Assembly: GCF_002113885.1 (NCBI RefSeq)
Contig: NW_018406060.1
Span: 1 to 64,000, forward strand
Source: Mizuhopecten yessoensis
Taxonomy: Eukaryota
Direction: 5' to 3'
DNA length: 64,000 bases
Shown: positions 35,585 through 48,750 of the stretch, piece by piece
Layout: every line of letters starts with the position of its first letter
How positions within the stretch are numbered: the first letter of the stretch is position 1
The notes under the pieces: generated by a model
What the model saw: the letters and a program-made list of their open reading frames with translations, nothing else
What the model was told of the DNA's origin: nothing
Databases searched by the model: none
Position numbers and translations under genes: made by a program

Positions 35585-37207
35585 ATTAAACTCTATATTT
35601 TATCACATTTTAATGCATAGTACATATGTCAAACAGCACAAAGACTTTGATACAATACACAAGTGTCACATAAAGTAATCACTTCTTGTATATTGAAAGG
35701 AAGGAGTAAAAAGTATTCTGCAAATACTGCCCATAATAATGTGATCATTCAAATTAACATTTCCCAACCAAAGTTTATCAAAAATATCGTTCGTTAATAT
35801 ATTTTTAGAATTTACAAATAACAACATTCTATGACCTTACCTTTTCAATAAAAGACATATAAATTATATTGAATATATTGGTAATGATGTATACCGATGA
35901 TATAACTCCTTAAGATATCCAAACTTCCTAGTTTATAATATGTCATATTTGAGAAAATTTTAAATGATTGGATGAATTCATTATAATCACATGGCATTAT
36001 TCTCTGTTTTCTATGAATTCCATCAGTTATAAAGTATAATTCAAATAATTTAAATCCTCTATTAATATCGTTGTATAGCTCAAATCCTGAAATACAGGTG
36101 AACTTATGTCATGTTATGTTTGCACTGTCGCGGCGACTGTCGTCTAAAACTGTTCTTTGAAACAATTTCTTCTAAAGAACAGAAAGGCTTTGGGTCAGGA
36201 CATTTCACTCGAAGTTCCCTGGGATAAGCTAAGTTTGAGAATAAAAATGACTTCGACTTATTTGAAAGATCACAGGGTTATTAAATTCATACGAATTCTT
36301 CTGAAGAACAGAACGTGCATGATTCAAGATATTATAAATGAACCTTCCTTGGAATGAGCACAACAATGTCGCAAATAAACATCACCTTGACTTTCAATGT
36401 CACAGGGTGAAATATGTCGAAGCTTCAAACACCTTCCTCTGAAGATGTTAAAGGTCCAGAGTCATCTTATTAGCTTGTAGTTTTCGAATATATAGCACTA
36501 TTTCTTTTGTGAATTATAGTGATGTTGATATATATTTAAAGATACTGGGGTAAAGTTGTTTGAATGAATTTATTTCCATGCCCCACTTTCAAGAAGACAA
36601 AGTTCAGATGTGTTGAATACCTTACAATAAGCTCGTCTGAATTACCAACTAAGCCTCGGTATGGTGTATTTGGCCAGAAGCATACTGGGATGAAGGGCTA
36701 CCAGGTTAGTTCAAGTGAATTAGTAGACCTAATTCTTTTTAAATTAAATGATATTGTTATGTTAAAATCTATAAATCGGTTCTTTGAATAACCAAGAAAC
36801 ATAGGTAATGATATTTGTACATAGCTTAATTAAGTCCGTTACATATATTTGACCTTGGCCCACTTTTGAGGTTTAAGTATGAGATAAATGCCAGTTGAGA
36901 TATAAAGACAAATTGAGTGAATGCCAGAAAATTAGCCAAGATATAGAACGGTTTTTAATTTTTCGAATGAAAACTATTTTAAAACTATTATATTCAATCT
37001 GTAAACATTAAGTTTTTTTAATTGTAAATATTTTCATATAAAATAATTTACTACGAATCACTATTAATGCTGTGTTTCATAAATAAATATTTGAAGTCCT
37101 ATTAGGTCTTAATATTTTCTTTCTTTATGATACAAGTATATTATTATGTCAGGAAGGGGATACTCATCGCTACTGGTACAACGAAGAACTTTTAGGGTCA
37201 TGTGCAA

Positions 37208-37860
37208 TTTTTGTCTCGCCGCAACGAAGTGCAATCGAGACATAGGTGTTGCTTTTCCGGCGACGGCGGCGACGGCGTCAACATTCAGTTTTTGTGTTTA
37301 AGTTAGTTTCTCTAAAAGTATAAGTGCGTGCTACACCAACCAAAATTGCACCATACATGCATCTTAGGTCGTACATCTCAACCTATGCATCAGATGCTGG
37401 ATACAGCATACTTTTCATGGATCATTGACTTTGTCAACACTCTATCAACATTAAGTTTTTGCGTTTAAGTTAGATTCTCTGAAAGTATAAGTGCGACACC
37501 AACCAAACGTGGACCGTACATATATCTTAGGCATTACATCTCAACCCATGCGTCAAATGCTAGATGCGTCATACCTTTCATGGTCCATTGACTTTGTCAG
37601 CATCTCCATCAACATTAAGTGTTTGCGTTTAAGTTAGTTTCATAAGTGCTACATCAACCAAACGTGGACCGTAGATGCATCTTAGGTAGTACATCTCAAC
37701 CCAAGCATCAACTGCTGGATGCGGCATACCTTTCATGGTCCTTTGACTTTGTCAGCATCTCGATCAACATTAGATTTTTGCGTTTAAGTTAGTTTCTCTG
37801 ATATGTGCATTGATTGTCAAAGCGGGGCATAGGCGAGACATATCAATCCGAATGGCTTGT
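37208..37860 (+). mobile_element. Second HINE-like non-autonomous element with ~160-bp internal tandem repeats
   Basis: 5' tttttgtctcgcc, (cggcga) microsatellite, units starting tcaacatt at ~37279, 37445, 37609, 37764; subterminal inverted ggcgagaca at ~37831; ends cttgt. Confidence 0.75.
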
Positions 37861-38151
37861 ATATATATGTCACGTAACAGTCAAACATTAATATTGATCA
37901 CAAGTTAAGCTGGTGCTTCCTCTACATAACCCTTACTTCAATCTAAATCTTGCACTTGATTAGTCACATTCATATTCATTAACGTTTACCTTTAAAAGCC
38001 TGACAAATTAAACTGACAAAATAAAACAACGCGAATATTTGGATTAAAAAATATAGTCATTTTTTATTTTAAAGTTAAAGTTATTAAGATGCACACATAT
38101 ATCAATGTTCTTGTAGTAATATTTGAATGATTTTGAATATGGCTTCTTTTC

Positions 38152-39358
38152 CTTCAACTTCAACTTCAATGTTTTACTCGACAAAAACCATGTATGGTCA
38201 TCACGTCAAGGGTGACTATGTACATCCGTGCAGTGTGGAGCCTTTGTGCGGTTAAAACTATATACAATCGGAAAAGTCTATTCCACCTCTCCCCTGACTG
38301 CCGCCTTGAAGGCGTCCAGGTCCTCGATGCTGGCGACGCTGGGTGGCAGGAGGTTCCATGTTGTGATGGTGCGGGGGATAAAAGAATGTCTGTATGCGTT
38401 GGTTGCCATATGCGGAGTGTAGAGTTTGTAGGGGTGGCTGTTCCTTGTTGTTGTGACGGTGGAGTAGGTAGGATGGTAGTTGGTTGGTACTGCTATGTGG
38501 TGGTGTAGAATCTTGTGCATAAATATGATGTCCGTTATCTTGCGTCTGTGTTCCAATGTATTCCATCTGAGGTCCTTTATCATCTGTGTAGTGCTGTCAG
38601 GTTTGTTGTAGTTGAGGGGCTTTTTTAGTACGAATCTTGCTGCGTTTTTCTGTATCTGTTCTATCCTGTTGATGTGTTGGGTTGTGTGTGGATTCCAGGC
38701 TGTGGTGCTGTATTCTAGTTTTGGTCTGACAAGGCTTTTGTATGCTCTCTCTTTTACTTGTTGTGGGCAGTGTCTTAAATTCCTCTTCAAAAATCCTAGT
38801 GTTCTGTTGGCTTTGCTGATGGTGTTGTCTATGTGTGTGTTGAATTTGAAGTTGCTTGCTAATTCTACTCCTAGGTATGGGTGGTGCTCTACTATTTCTA
38901 ATGTCTGTCCCTTCATCTGGTAGTTGTAGTGTTGTGTTGTATTCTTGTTGGTGGCTTGCATAATGGCATATTTATTCACGTTAAACTCCATCTGCCAGGT
39001 GTCTGCCCATTGACACAGTGTGTTGAGGTCGCGTTGTAGTTTCTCGTGGTCTTCANTATCTGTCAAAAAGTTGCCAATCCATTTCTGTGTGGTCCCCTGT
39101 ATCCCGTAGTGGTGTAGTTTTGATGAGAGTCGTTGGTGTGCGACTTTGTCGAATGCCTTGGCGAAGTCTAGAATTGCAATGTCTACTTGTGTCTTGTTGT
39201 TGTTGATGTGCTGAGTGATGTCGTCTGTGGTGAGGAATAGTTGTGATTCGCAGGAGCGTTTTCTTCGGAAGCCGTGTTGATTTTCGTGTAGTATGTTCTG
39301 TCTGTCTAGGTGGTCCATTATCTGCGAAACTATGATGTGTTCTAGCATCTTTGAGGGT
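38152..39358 (-). mobile_element. 5'-truncated CR1/L2-group LINE (reverse transcriptase 3' part), middle lost in a contig join
   Basis: NQHGFRRKRSCESQL, LDFAKAFDKV, WQMEFNVNK, YLGV, SFIPRTITTWNLLP motifs; (ttgaag)n tail; N at 39056 replaces the QG/YADD region. Confidence 0.9.
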
Positions 39359-41280
39359 ACTCATGCGTTACACATCCTTGCATCCGCATACCATATTATT
39401 CAATGAAGCCTCACACACGAAGTTCTGAGAAGATCCCTCTACATCTTTCGGCATAACTGTTTACGCAAAGGAAAGTTCCGTGTGAGCCGAGGGAAAGTTG
39501 CTAAGCCGACAGATTGAATATTTGCTTCTTGCAAGATGTTATTACTGCTTATATCGTAGCATATATACATATTTCCGAATGTATCCAACAGTTGACAAGG
39601 GCAACGAAAACTCAAATACCCATTTTTGTTATTCATGATGTGACACTCATCAATCATCTTAATTCAATTTATTTTTATTTTGTAAAATCAATAATAGTTG
39701 AACAATTGATTGATTCCTTCCTGGTGCTTCTGTCCATTCAATAAAGTGCCGTGCACGAGCCAATTCCAGAAAGAAAGAAGTCTTCTATAACTCAGGATAA
39801 TATTGTTTTTCTATCGTGCTATTTTGATTCCAACCGAAAATTTCTGCAGTAAATCGTCTTTATCCCTCTTCAGGATAGTCTTTTATAGCCCTCTTTGAAA
39901 TTTATTTTCATAATACAAATGTTACTGAAATGTCCACTTAAAGATGTTTATTATCAAACAACGATGTTTCTAAACTAAAGTCAGGATCCGATCCTTTCAA
40001 AATTTGTTACAGATTATGTCATCATGGAAGGACAAAGATGACACTTAGAGTGCAATAACTTTCAAACGCATTTCTAAAATAACAATATGCGGTTTATACC
40101 CAACATAAAACATGAATTTCTAAGTCTTTTTCATGTAAAATGTTAAATTCAATTTTCAAAACCGTGAAGAAGTTGAAGTTGGGGAACATTAGAAAAAAAA
40201 CCGATTGTGCATAATGTGTCAATGAATTCCAACTACTAAGGAAAATGTTGTAAAGTAGAACTGCGTTGGAATGTTCAAAACACGTAATTCTTGAGTCATT
40301 GTGGTATTTGAAGTCGTAACGATTTCCACCCAAATAATAGAGGTAATTTAAGTTATCCACGGTTTAAATGTTTGAAACGTAATATAATACTGGGAGTTTT
40401 CTTCGTTTTTGCCTCGATTAAAAATAGATAATAAACTTGCTTCAGTAAATAAATCATCGGTAATGGCATACGCGAAATGTCTTGTTGTAATACATGTACA
40501 TGTAGCTTCTCCTTGGACACTCTCTGTCTGTACATGCCCATGTCTTGCTCAATCATCCAATAAATCGCACGCTTATTTAAAATAAATAGTTTTGATAGAA
40601 TCTTATAGTATCTTGTAGTATTTCAGTCTTTTTAAGACCAGTGTAGACGTTTTTGTGTAAGGTCATTATCGTTCCTTTTTGTTCCATTGTCACTGTCGTG
40701 GTGATCGCTTTGAGAATGTGTCATAATTTATGGTTTGATCTAAACTGACAAGGCGCGTCAAGTCGATAACACAGAGGACAATTACCCTTTCGGAAAATAG
40801 TGTTCTATTATGTCTTAAAACACAATAAAGTTAAAAGGTATCTGTGTTTGTCTTTCCTTTGTTCCTATCCTATTTTTCCGAATATTTTTGTTTTTAGTTT
40901 AATTTACGGTTTTGTACATGTAGTAAGGTAATCTTTTGATTTCTTCAAACATGACAACACCCGTCTCAATTTGAATTAAAAAACTCATAAATGATTGCGA
41001 TGATTATTAAAGATTTCTTCCCCGATATCAAAAGTTCTTGAAATTAATATGACTTCTGAAGTTTTTGAGGTTTTTGTTATAAACATTATAAAATCATTAA
41101 ATGAAAGATTCAAATCACTGTTAAAATCAATGGTTTGTGTATTAGGATACATAGTCTTATTAGAATCGGGCAGTTGTAATAGCAGATATTTGTTTGTGTA
41201 TTTATTTAAAAATTGGTATATTTAAAAAAAGTTATGATAGACTTACACAAGCTCTAGGTATCAACAGCTGTAAGACACTC

Positions 41281-41311
<31 letters not shown>

Positions 41312-41320
41312 GTTTGTTTA

Positions 41321-43225
41321 CGTCGGATAGTAAAATGAGTTGGTATTAGTGACAAAACAACTGAAGAAATTAAAAGCTTCACAGTTTATAAATTTTGTCT
41401 GCACAACACAACTAATTTCATCAAGCCCTCAAAATGACCAAAACATTTCTTTAAACAGCCACGTTATGTGCTTATTTCGGAATTTGAACTTGCATCCGCT
41501 TTCTTAATACATACCAGTCAATCTTCACGTGTAAGAGAAAAAAATCTCTCTTCCTTACTCTCGAGATATAAATAACAAACAAGGATAATATATCGATCTT
41601 CCTCTTCAACAAATCCACTATGAAGAGGTTTCAGAGAAACATTTTCTATGTGCGCGGTTAGGCATGTCCTACTGATAATAGTCCTTTAAATCCCACAAGT
41701 ACCTTTATAGGCGACAATGTCACTTTCTCAAAGTGTAACTTCCAATAACTGAACCCGGATTCCTACCGCTTGAATTAATGGGAAATACCACCTGTGTATT
41801 ACAGAAGTAACAAGTAATTAGAAAGTTGACTCATGTAATATATACCCATTTCATCATTTCCGATTTTGCTAAAACTTTGTAATATATAAAGGACATGTAA
41901 TGGTTTAATGGTATCTGTATACTCGTGAAAAAAATGGAACTCAAAGAGAAAGCCATTGAATTTCTCTTATTACATTTTTCAGTAAGATGACAAAAGTATT
42001 GCCTCCCAAAAAAGTTCAGTAAGTAGTAGCATAGTATTTGACGCCAGGTTTTAAAGAAACCGTGCTTTGCACAAGTTCTGGGCGTAATTTTAAATAAGTT
42101 ACTCCACGCAAAACTGCCTTTTGCAGCTACTATCTGATATGATTTACCAGCAAAATAATATCAATTGCAACATTAATACTGTAGTTTATATAGCAAAGAA
42201 CATCAAAACAACTACCTTATACCGGGAATTTTTCGCTGCAGGCTAATTTTCGCCTTTTTCGCCTTCTGTAATGAGGTCGAATTAATATAAGTAGATAACA
42301 AAGCATTCATAGTAATTTAAAGTGAAAGGCGACATTAACACAGGGCGAAAATGTATTTCTTTGCTAGAGGGCAAAAGATAACTGGGCAAAAATTTCCCGG
42401 TATACAGTACCTATTCTACCGTCGCTTCATCTGCATCTAAAAATCTACGGCTTTGGATGCAGTGAATAGAAAGTATCATTCTGACTGGACAGTGACAAAC
42501 GTGGTATCTTAACATGTAATGTTCAGGATATGAGTATTTGTTAAGTTGATAATTATCAATATTACAGTTTTGTTGAAGTGAATATGTAGTTATATGGAAC
42601 TGAGATTTTGATACTGACCGAAACAAACTGCTAGAAAAAATAAAAACAATCTGTGATATGATAAACACAACCATAGAATGTCTTACGAAACGAGCGCTAG
42701 GCAATCAGAGTTGTCTACCTTGCCATAACGAGATTTGCACTAAGGGCATAAAGATATATTCAAAGTTGAGAACACAGACCATGAGATGAAACACAAAAAC
42801 CTCTTCTTGATAAGAAATATTCCACTGTTTATAAAAAATGGAGTCTATGAAACCACTTGTTTCCGTTTTCCTGGTTATCGTTGTCTACATGTTTGTATTT
42901 TGTCTATTTTGACATGGTACATTAACCAGATTTATCCCAATTTAACCCACTTAAACAGCAAATATTAGTATGTTTTCATTAAAATATTGACAAATTTATT
43001 AAATTGTTTTAAAACATCTCGAATAATGAAAATATTGTCGTGAATATTATCAATTACAACAAACATTTTAATACAGACTTAGCCTTTTTCTTTACTTTCA
43101 TGCCTTGACTTGTTACAAGTTCCGGTGTCTCGTGTCAAAAGAGCCAGAATCTGATTTAATTCTCGAGATAAATACTTGACATCACTATCGAGATACAAAC
43201 AATCAACTAATATTTTAGAAACCTG
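41321..43225 (+). repeat. Duplicated block matching the far-upstream region of gene 1; 41530-41690 also matches 14750-14925
   Basis: See 1494-2565; shared cactatgaagaggtttcagagaaaca with ~14841-14866. Confidence 0.9.
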
Positions 43226-43306
43226 TTAGTTGTTATATTAAAAACCGGAAGGTAATACTAAACCTCTTCTAGGAACACAATAAGTCATAAATCGCTAAAA
43301 TAGTTA

Positions 43307-43526
43307 AGGATTAACTTGCATATCTTTTTCATGTTATGGAGCTATAACACAAAAAACCGGGGTGTATTCTCATCATAAACCGCCATAACATGAAAAATAT
43401 ATTCAAGTATAACACAAAAAACCGGAGTGTACTCTCATCATAAACCGCTTCGCGTTTTATTTAGACTACACTCCGTTTTTTGTGTTATATCTCCATAACA
43501 TGAAAAACATATTCAAGTTAATCCTT
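43307..43526. repeat. Long imperfect palindrome (~60-bp arms) within a probable non-autonomous DNA element (~43240-43725)
   Basis: aggattaacttgcatatctttttcatgttatggagctataacacaaaaaaccgg / ccgttttttgtgttatatctccataacatgaaaaacatattcaagttaatcct, with an internal ~40-bp direct duplication. Confidence 0.8.
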
Positions 43527-46500
43527 ATAATTTAATCTACTATACACAATCCCTGTGGAAATCCACTTTTATTGATGGACTCTTTTCTCTTAGAAATTAT
43601 TGCGCTGCTGTATCAGCCAATCAAAAGCGACGTTAAAAACGGCGACGTCATTTTTTTACGTTATGGGATGATCAAATACATTTTTAAGCCAATGAAAATG
43701 CTTGTTACAAGCAAGATTAAATTATTGTTGTATAACTCCTAGTTACCCACAAGAAATGTATTTTACAACCTTTTTTTGTCATGATTCAAACCCGACCCCG
43801 CTAGAAAGTAAGTAATCTTTACAGTAGTTTTGAAAATATTCGTGTAATAAAGCCTACTGTCCGAATTTATATCTCAGGAGAGTAAGTCCTAAATGGTTTT
43901 GAAAATAATCTGGAATGTCCTATATACATTAAACCACCTTCTTTTTGCGTGTAATTAATTTAACTTTGACCGTTAGTTAAATTGACCAATATGTGTACTT
44001 GAATTATCGATTAAGAGGACTCTATTTTAATGATTAGTGATTATGTGAAGTTCTATAATTCGCAAAACATTTTTAATTCGCGAATTATTAAATTTGCGAA
44101 TAAGTATATTGTCATTTAACTCAGTATTCCCTCTGGGATATAATCATGTATTACCGCTAGTTCGTTATTTGACAATAGTTAAGAACATTACTCCAAATGA
44201 TTTCAAAGTTTATATTTATTTATACACAATACTATTATTATAGGAGCCTAAAGATATAAAAGTTTATACAATAAGATAAATAATTATCAATATTTTTATA
44301 TTATTTTTGATAATTATGGTGTTTTTTAGAGTGGAGTGAGATTGACAAAGAGATGCCGACCACACCATAAAAAGCATGAACAGACTTTTAAAGGGAGCCA
44401 GAATGCAAAGTTATAAAATACCAGTTTAACATAATAAGACTCATTTTTAAGGGTGGGACGTAAAATAATATAGAGTACACAAGTAAATGGCATCAGTGAA
44501 ACATTCAAAAAAGTGTAATTACCCATGAATAAGTGTGTGGATCAGATTATGTTTCTAAAGAACAACATTAGCGTCTCTGAGTTTGAGTAGAAATACTTGT
44601 ATCCATTTTTTATTCTGACCGATGTTTTCAATAAAATATTTTTATTCATGTCAAAATGTATGCAATTCCTTCGTTAATATGATCGGAACTTGAAGTACTT
44701 GAGTAAACTATCGTGTTGATTAATATATATGAAGCGTAAATTCGTTCTAAATAGATTATTGCTAAAGAAATCTATATCTGGTATTTCTGTTTGATTACAA
44801 AATTGACCAATTAATTGGTTACTAGATCGGAAGATGTTTCGAGTCACCTATTAGTATATTGTCCGGTGTGAGACTTTAATAGTAGTAGACTAATTTGCGT
44901 CTTCTCCCTAGATATCCCCCTCAAATTAGCATTTTATATATATATACTGTATATATATATATACGAGTTCTTGCTATTTTTGCAAGCAAAACTAACATGT
45001 ATATATATATATTCCAGCATGTTGATAATAGTTGGGGATTAAATCTCCTAAACCAAATAGTGTTCTCTAGTATAGGGCTCTCAACACCTCATTAACTTTC
45101 ATACACTATCCGTTTGTAAATTTATTTGACGTCATGTTATTATCTTTTTTCTTAAATCATTTATTAAAATCTGTTGGTGCTTATGTGTTTCACCTTCACC
45201 AGACTCACCATAAATCCAGCTCCTCGCTATCAAAAGCCCAATATAGCAGTAGGTGGCTTGGAGCAGGTGAAGAACACATGTATACTGCTATACAAAGTTG
45301 TAATAATTGAACTGTAATACATAAAATAAAAATTGCAACATCATTAAACATATACTATCGTTTTTAAATCCATTTAACGTTTAACTTTCCCTCTACTTTT
45401 CCATTTATTCTGATAACCGTGTTGCGCTCCCTCAAAAAGGGGGGTAACTACGTAGCGTGTTCCTTGCCGGAAGTTACAGCCCAAGCTATGTGTACATACG
45501 TGGAGGGAACAGGACATTCCGTGTTAGAAGTAGGTATCTTTTCTTCTAATTATTAAACCAGCATTTAATGCTTGCTTAAAAACAAATTTTAGATATGAGT
45601 TCTTGCTATTTTTCGGGTTTGTTTAAGCAATTCAACATGTATAATTGTACTTCTTGTTGTAACGATTAAAAATCGATGTAGAGCATATTAACACGATTCC
45701 ATTAAGACGCAATGTCATAAACATTTTATATGATTTAAAATCCAATTTCGACAGGACAAAATTTAAAGCTGATCAGTGAAACATTACTTTGTGTAGTTTA
45801 GGGCTGCTCTATGGCCAAACACAGAGAACCAAGAAGAATTATAACTATTAACTGTGTTGACTATAGCTTGATATGTTATTATCTCACACACAGAGTATTA
45901 GAGTAGCGATAATCGTTAATACAAAGGCAGTCACTCCTGTCTTCGTGTAAACATTAGGAATAGTAAAATGGACAAGAAAAATAATTTAAACAAAATTTGA
46001 AAATATTATATATTGTTGTAATTGTTATTGTGTGAGACTAATTCATATCTAACTTTGTGTGACATAAACAGGGTTTTGCGTGGTAATAAACAAGTCTCAG
46101 GCACATACAAGTAGGATATATTGTATATAAATGCCAATACAAATGCCAATACTGTGCAATGGAACAAAGACTTCGCTATCTTAACAATTAGTTTAGCATA
46201 ACCAGTTTCTGTTACATAAAGAGTCACATTTATTTCCCTTAGTGTTACAAAAACTATATCTGTAAAATTGTAACGATTGCAAATCACACTGGTCGCTTAA
46301 TAGAATTCAAAAATAGAAAATAAACATAACATTGCATATGTGGGATAGTGAACATCAATCATGATAAGTCCTATATGAATAAATATCTTGAACCGCTGGT
46401 AACTCCGATATGCGCTGAACATTTTCAAAATAAAAAGTAATTTGAAGTAAAGAACAGATGAATCTTAAGCATGAAGGTCATATGATAGGACTATCATGTT

Positions 46501-46658
46501 TATCTGAACGCCAAAATGGTGTATGTGTGTGAAAGGTATAATTTTGTGATTTTTAATAATGTTATAATCTTATTCATAGGATGAATGCTGATCAATAAGG
46601 ATGAACAGTATTTCATCATGAGATAGCGGCTTTCACCAGGTGAGTGTCCCCATCACAA

Positions 46659-48299
46659 ATGGCAGAAAAGGCTTCCTCTTTCTACAAGGGACAGATAGCT
46701 GTCCGTGACCTGGGTCGGACGACATGCACACACCACAAAGGAAATATTTTAGACTGGGTTTGTGAGACATGCTGTGATGCAATATGTGCTAAGTGTGTAT
46801 CGTCTTTACACAAGGGCCATGACATCGTTCACCTGAGCGAAACTACTGCTGACAACAAACGGAAGATAAAAATATTCATTGATGAAGTCGGCCAGAAAGA
46901 GTTGAGACAAATTCAACAGGAAATAATTTCTACCCGGGAAAGTCTTGAAAATGATTTGAGTCATTTTGAGAGTGTGAGAAGAGAAATGAAAGAGCAAGGT
47001 GAAACACTAAAGGAATATATTGATGTTTTGATGGCCCGAACGCTTTCTCACATTAAACAACTAGAAGATGAAAATGCTAACCTTCTCAAGAATTACAGGA
47101 TAGATCTCGAACAGAAACTTGCTGAACTAAAGGACCAACTGAAACATTGTAATGAAGCCCTTAAAACTGGCACAGATATCCAGGTGTTTGACTTTGTCTT
47201 TAGACTACAGACCAACATTACACTACATGCAGCACCCATCCTTGCTTCCGCCGTGTTCAGCCCTAATGTCAAGAGCAAAGTAATGCTGGAGCAGGCATAT
47301 GGAAAAGTAATCGTTGACAAATCTGGACAAAGTGAAGATCAGTCTACATGTCAACAGGATATCGACTCTGACCAATCACAAGAAACACCAGATCATCAAG
47401 TTCAAGTTCCTCCACTGCAACAATCCAAGAAGGAGAGTCCACAGATGAAAATCAATCAGCTACCACTGTCCGCACTTCTGGCACAGAGTACAGTGCTTTC
47501 AGAATCGATAGTTTCTTCGGAAATTGAGTCTATCTGCCCAACTTGTAATGATGGTGCATGGACGAGTGGACGGATAAGTAACATTGTGACACACCTGACC
47601 AGTCAAGGAGGCGTACATCAGAAGATACAGAGTCATGTTCCGGTTACAGATATCTGTATTTCCCCCTCTACACACAACCTCTGGGCATGCTCTAACAAAG
47701 AATACAATGTCATGGAGTTGACATTAGGTACACTGATCAGTAGGTTCAAAACCACAGATGAACCTAGATGTCTGTGTGTTACTAAAGATGACTGTGTCCT
47801 TGTTGGGTCAAAACACAAAATCACTGAGTACACTAAGGAAGGGAAGAAAGGCCTCGTCAGCAGAACATACCTGTATTTCATGTGGAATCCATTGCTAAAG
47901 TCACCATGGCGGATGTCACAATGTCCAGTCAGCAAGAATATTGCAGCAGTTGACATGGATCTGGCAGATGATGGCGGTAAGGGAGAACCAGCTGTTATAG
48001 TCCTGAACAAACGTCTAAAAGAATTATTCAGGTATGGACGACCAAACCACATCATCAAGTGTGAATCAGGAAAGTTTTGTGCCGCGGATGTAGCTTACGA
48101 TAGCTTGGGACAGCTGGTGATTGCTGACACTGTCAACAGCCTACACCTACTTAGCGGTGATGGACAGTACCTGCGAATGCTGCATACGGACATAGCAAGG
48201 CCATGGGTTCTTTGTGTGGACAGGGAAGGAGTTCTGTGGGCAGGGTTTGGCAGATTCAGAGTTGAGAAAGTGAAACGCCTACTGTACACCAATTTTTAA
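46659..48299 (+). CDS. RING-less TRIM-like protein, copy 6 (most divergent), ~546 aa
   Basis: Intact ORF from ATG 46659 (MAEKASSFYKGQ); B-box2 CTHHKGNILDWVCETCCDAICAKCVSSLHKGH; Q/S/P-rich linker; NHL-like blades; putative acceptor ttattcatag at 46579. Confidence 0.9.
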   Translation: MAEKASSFYKGQIAVRDLGRTTCTHHKGNILDWVCETCCDAICAKCVSSLHKGHDIVHLSETTADNKRKIKIFIDEVGQKELRQIQQEIISTRESLENDLSHFESVRREMKEQGETLKEYIDVLMARTLSHIKQLEDENANLLKNYRIDLEQKLAELKDQLKHCNEALKTGTDIQVFDFVFRLQTNITLHAAPILASAVFSPNVKSKVMLEQAYGKVIVDKSGQSEDQSTCQQDIDSDQSQETPDHQVQVPPLQQSKKESPQMKINQLPLSALLAQSTVLSESIVSSEIESICPTCNDGAWTSGRISNIVTHLTSQGGVHQKIQSHVPVTDICISPSTHNLWACSNKEYNVMELTLGTLISRFKTTDEPRCLCVTKDDCVLVGSKHKITEYTKEGKKGLVSRTYLYFMWNPLLKSPWRMSQCPVSKNIAAVDMDLADDGGKGEPAVIVLNKRLKELFRYGRPNHIIKCESGKFCAADVAYDSLGQLVIADTVNSLHLLSGDGQYLRMLHTDIARPWVLCVDREGVLWAGFGRFRVEKVKRLLYTNF

Positions 48300-48624
48300 A
48301 TCAAGACACGTGACACATCGTAACAATCGTACAACTACTGTATAACTGTCCCATGATTTGGATGGGAAGACGGATATGTCAGGAACATATACCATGTCAG
48401 AGAAGAAAGTATGTAATCCCTATAGTGTTATTTTTACGGTAAATGATAATTGTGTAGTTACTGAATGAGTTCAAAACAGATAGTTTGACGGATCTAACGT
48501 TAGAAGAATATCGCCAACAGAATGGTCTAACGTTACAATGGTGTGTTTAAACTTAGGCATATATGTCAATATACCTTTTTGGTATATAATTTATCTCATT
48601 TATCATCACGATAACTGAATGAAC

Positions 48625-48750
48625 CGACGCCACGGGTTTTCCGGTTTCCTTCCACAGTAAGACCTCGCTCGTTTACATCGGGACCAAAAAGAGTGATAAA
48701 TATGAGTTAATAACTAATTTCATAATTATTGAAAAATCAATAAAGTTAGC
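48625..48750 (+). mobile_element. SINE 3' fragment (related sequence at ~51340-51790)
   Basis: gggttttccggtttccttccacag...gagtgataaatatgagttaataact...aataaagtt resembles V-domain-type SINE bodies; similar text at 51400-51495. Confidence 0.45.

Noticed and set aside
38278-39348. 356-aa ORF as an intact reverse transcriptase with a novel internal deletion
   Set aside because: The join at N39056 is an assembly break; the catalytic region is simply missing.
39400-41280. Possible degenerate L1/Tx1-like remnants (also ~44300-45100)
   Set aside because: Only faint motif hints; not supportable by eye.
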